Source of the DNA: Octopus vulgaris | Taxonomy: Eukaryota | Reading direction: 5' to 3' | NCBI GenBank assembly: GCA_951406725.2 | Contig: CATOCA020000060.1 | Location: 1 to 10,565 of the forward strand | Length of the DNA stretch: 10,565 nt | Shown here: in pieces, positions 9,328-10,565 of the stretch | Position numbering within the stretch: position 1 is the first letter of the stretch | Layout of the letters: each line of letters opens with the position of its first letter | The notes under the pieces: model-generated | The model's database searches: none | What the model was told of the DNA's origin: nothing | The model's input: the letters and a program-made list of their open reading frames with translations, nothing else | Program-made: the position numbers and the translations under genes

Positions 9328-9382
<55 letters not shown>

Positions 9383-9399
9383 GTGTGTGTGTGTGTGTG
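9328..9399. repeat. Compound microsatellite (AT)26(TG)10 at the 3' junction of the PLE array
   Basis: Read directly: (AT)n at 9328-9379 and (TG)n at 9380-9399. Confidence 0.97.
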
Positions 9400-9756
9400 C
9401 ATTATACACGCTTTTCTGCACAAACTTACACCTGCAGGCAAAGATATGTATGTCTGCCTAATATCAACGTTGTGTAACGTTGTGCTAACGCTTTTCAAGT
9501 TAGAGAGAAACGTGTTTTTATATTTGCTATTTCATCCTCGGTTAAAAACCATTGACCACGTTTCCGTTAGGCAGCATGGTGATTCTGGAGAATTGTTTGT
9601 TACTTGAGAATATTTTCTGTTTTCTTTCAGAGTCCATTACAATTGCTGCTGGGTGTCTGATTCCGTTCTCTCGAATCAACCAAGATTTCTATGTCAAGAA
9701 TTTATCTCGCATTTTAATTAGTATAACTTTTTGAGCCCTTGTTTCTAAATTCATAT

Positions 9757-9779
9757 TTATTATTATTATTATTATTATT
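9757..9779. repeat. (TTA)n microsatellite
   Basis: About 7.7 TTA units, read directly. Confidence 0.95.
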
Positions 9780-10355
9780 GAGTGAGAGAGCAGTTCATGC
9801 CATCAAAGTACACTGGGGTAAAATATACGAAGCCCAATATACCCATCATGACTACCCGTCTGATAAAGGTACACAGGCACATGCATCACAACCATATGTG
9901 CGCGACATGGTGATCTCATATCAAGATAAACAGCACATGACCTTGCAGGTGGGGCCCAGTTAGTATTTTCTTCAGGTTGAGTAGCCCATCCTGCTCAAAC
10001 GGTCCCTGAATAAGGGTTGTTTAAGTATGTTGAAAGAACCACCCATGTTTCCAGAGGTAAACTATTCAAACCCCAAATAATCCCTCTCAACACATAGCTA
10101 TGATGCTCCCCCCACTACTTCTGCTCGTGATCAGAGCTGCACATATCGTCAGCCACTAAGGGACATGCTCAACTGGTTAAGGTCAAACAACTGACAAGCA
10201 AATCTGTGGTATTGAGCAGAATATTTGCTGTAGCCCATCTTTTATAGCAAGACAAAACAATGTACATGATAACACTTCCAATCAGTTAAGATCAGAAGTT
10301 TTCATGAGAGCTCACTGCCTGGTACTGCATCAGGGCATATACTGCATCAGGGCAT
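9780..10355. mobile_element. ~575-bp interspersed repeat (probably a non-autonomous retroelement) embedded in a (TTA)n tract
   Basis: Higher-GC block bounded sharply by (TTA)n on both sides, with no credible ORF. From recall it resembles an abundant Octopus repeat; not verified. Confidence 0.55.
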
Positions 10356-10388
10356 TTATTATTATTATTATTATCATTATTATTATTA

Positions 10389-10419
<31 letters not shown>

Positions 10420-10478
10420 CATCATCATCATTATTATTCATTATTATTATCATTATTATTATTATTATTATTTATTAT
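10356..10478. repeat. Imperfect (TTA/TCA)n microsatellite
   Basis: About 120 bp of TTA units interrupted by TCA units. Confidence 0.95.
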
Positions 10479-10505
10479 GAACATCTTCTGGCGCACATTC
10501 ATGCC

Positions 10506-10509
10506 CGCG

Positions 10510-10565
<56 letters not shown>
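10506..10565. repeat. (CG)6(CA)24 compound microsatellite running to the window end
   Basis: Read directly. Confidence 0.97.

Larger units (their letters stand above)
190..9379 (+). mobile_element. Tandem (head-to-tail) array of a Penelope-like retroelement, Neptune-like: partial 3' copy plus two full units
   Basis: Direct repetition with a ~4.35-4.42 kb period, e.g. TTCTTCTATACACAAT at 532, 4886 and 9301, and CTATATTCCTATTGTGTATATGCCAAC at 573 and 4931. Each unit encodes PLE-type RT and a GIY-YIG endonuclease. Partial-tandem structure is typical of PLEs. Confidence 0.93.
4931..9379 (+). mobile_element. PLE unit 2 (ORF1 + RT/GIY-YIG + 3' UTR), the better-preserved copy
   Basis: Contains the 360-aa RT ORF 6711-7793 and the endonuclease ORF 7950-8456. 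Ends in (AT)n followed by sequence unrelated to the element. Confidence 0.92.

Noticed and set aside
190-9379. Interpretation as an LTR retrotransposon or a prokaryotic RT system (retron, group II intron, DGR)
   Set aside because: No protease, RNase H, integrase, TG..CA ends or PBS. The RT motifs plus CCHH GIY-YIG are PLE-type, and the microsatellite-rich context is eukaryotic.
9278-9607. 109-aa ORF with YIYIYI/CVCVCV, and the antisense ORF 9316-9498
   Set aside because: Translation of (AT)n(TG)n microsatellites; not protein-like.
9739-9963. 74-aa ORF with a poly-Leu signal-peptide-like start
   Set aside because: The poly-Leu comes from the (TTA)n microsatellite and the rest reads into the interspersed repeat.

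Overview
AT-rich eukaryotic DNA, probably from an invertebrate. The 3' flanking repeat and microsatellite content recall Octopus-type cephalopod genomes, but that is recall only. About 9.2 kb of the window is a head-to-tail array of a Penelope-like retroelement (PLE) on the + strand: a 5'-truncated 3'-end fragment acting as a pseudo-LTR (~190-572) and two ~4.4 kb units (573-4930, 4931-9379), each ending in (AT)n. Each unit encodes a PLE reverse transcriptase and a C-terminal GIY-YIG endonuclease joined by a CxxxxCxxC linker, which points to the Neptune clade. Each unit also has an unexpected ~420-codon upstream ORF1 (helical, then basic), which overlaps the RT frame at a -1 offset across a T7/T8 run, a candidate gag-pol-like programmed frameshift. 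The ~700-bp 3' region carries CCAAT boxes, hairpins, a poly(A) signal and a candidate minimal type I hammerhead ribozyme with a variant core. The two units differ mainly by scattered indels that look like long-read errors, so the real element may be intact. The last ~1.2 kb is host flank with microsatellites and a ~575-bp interspersed repeat inside a (TTA)n tract.
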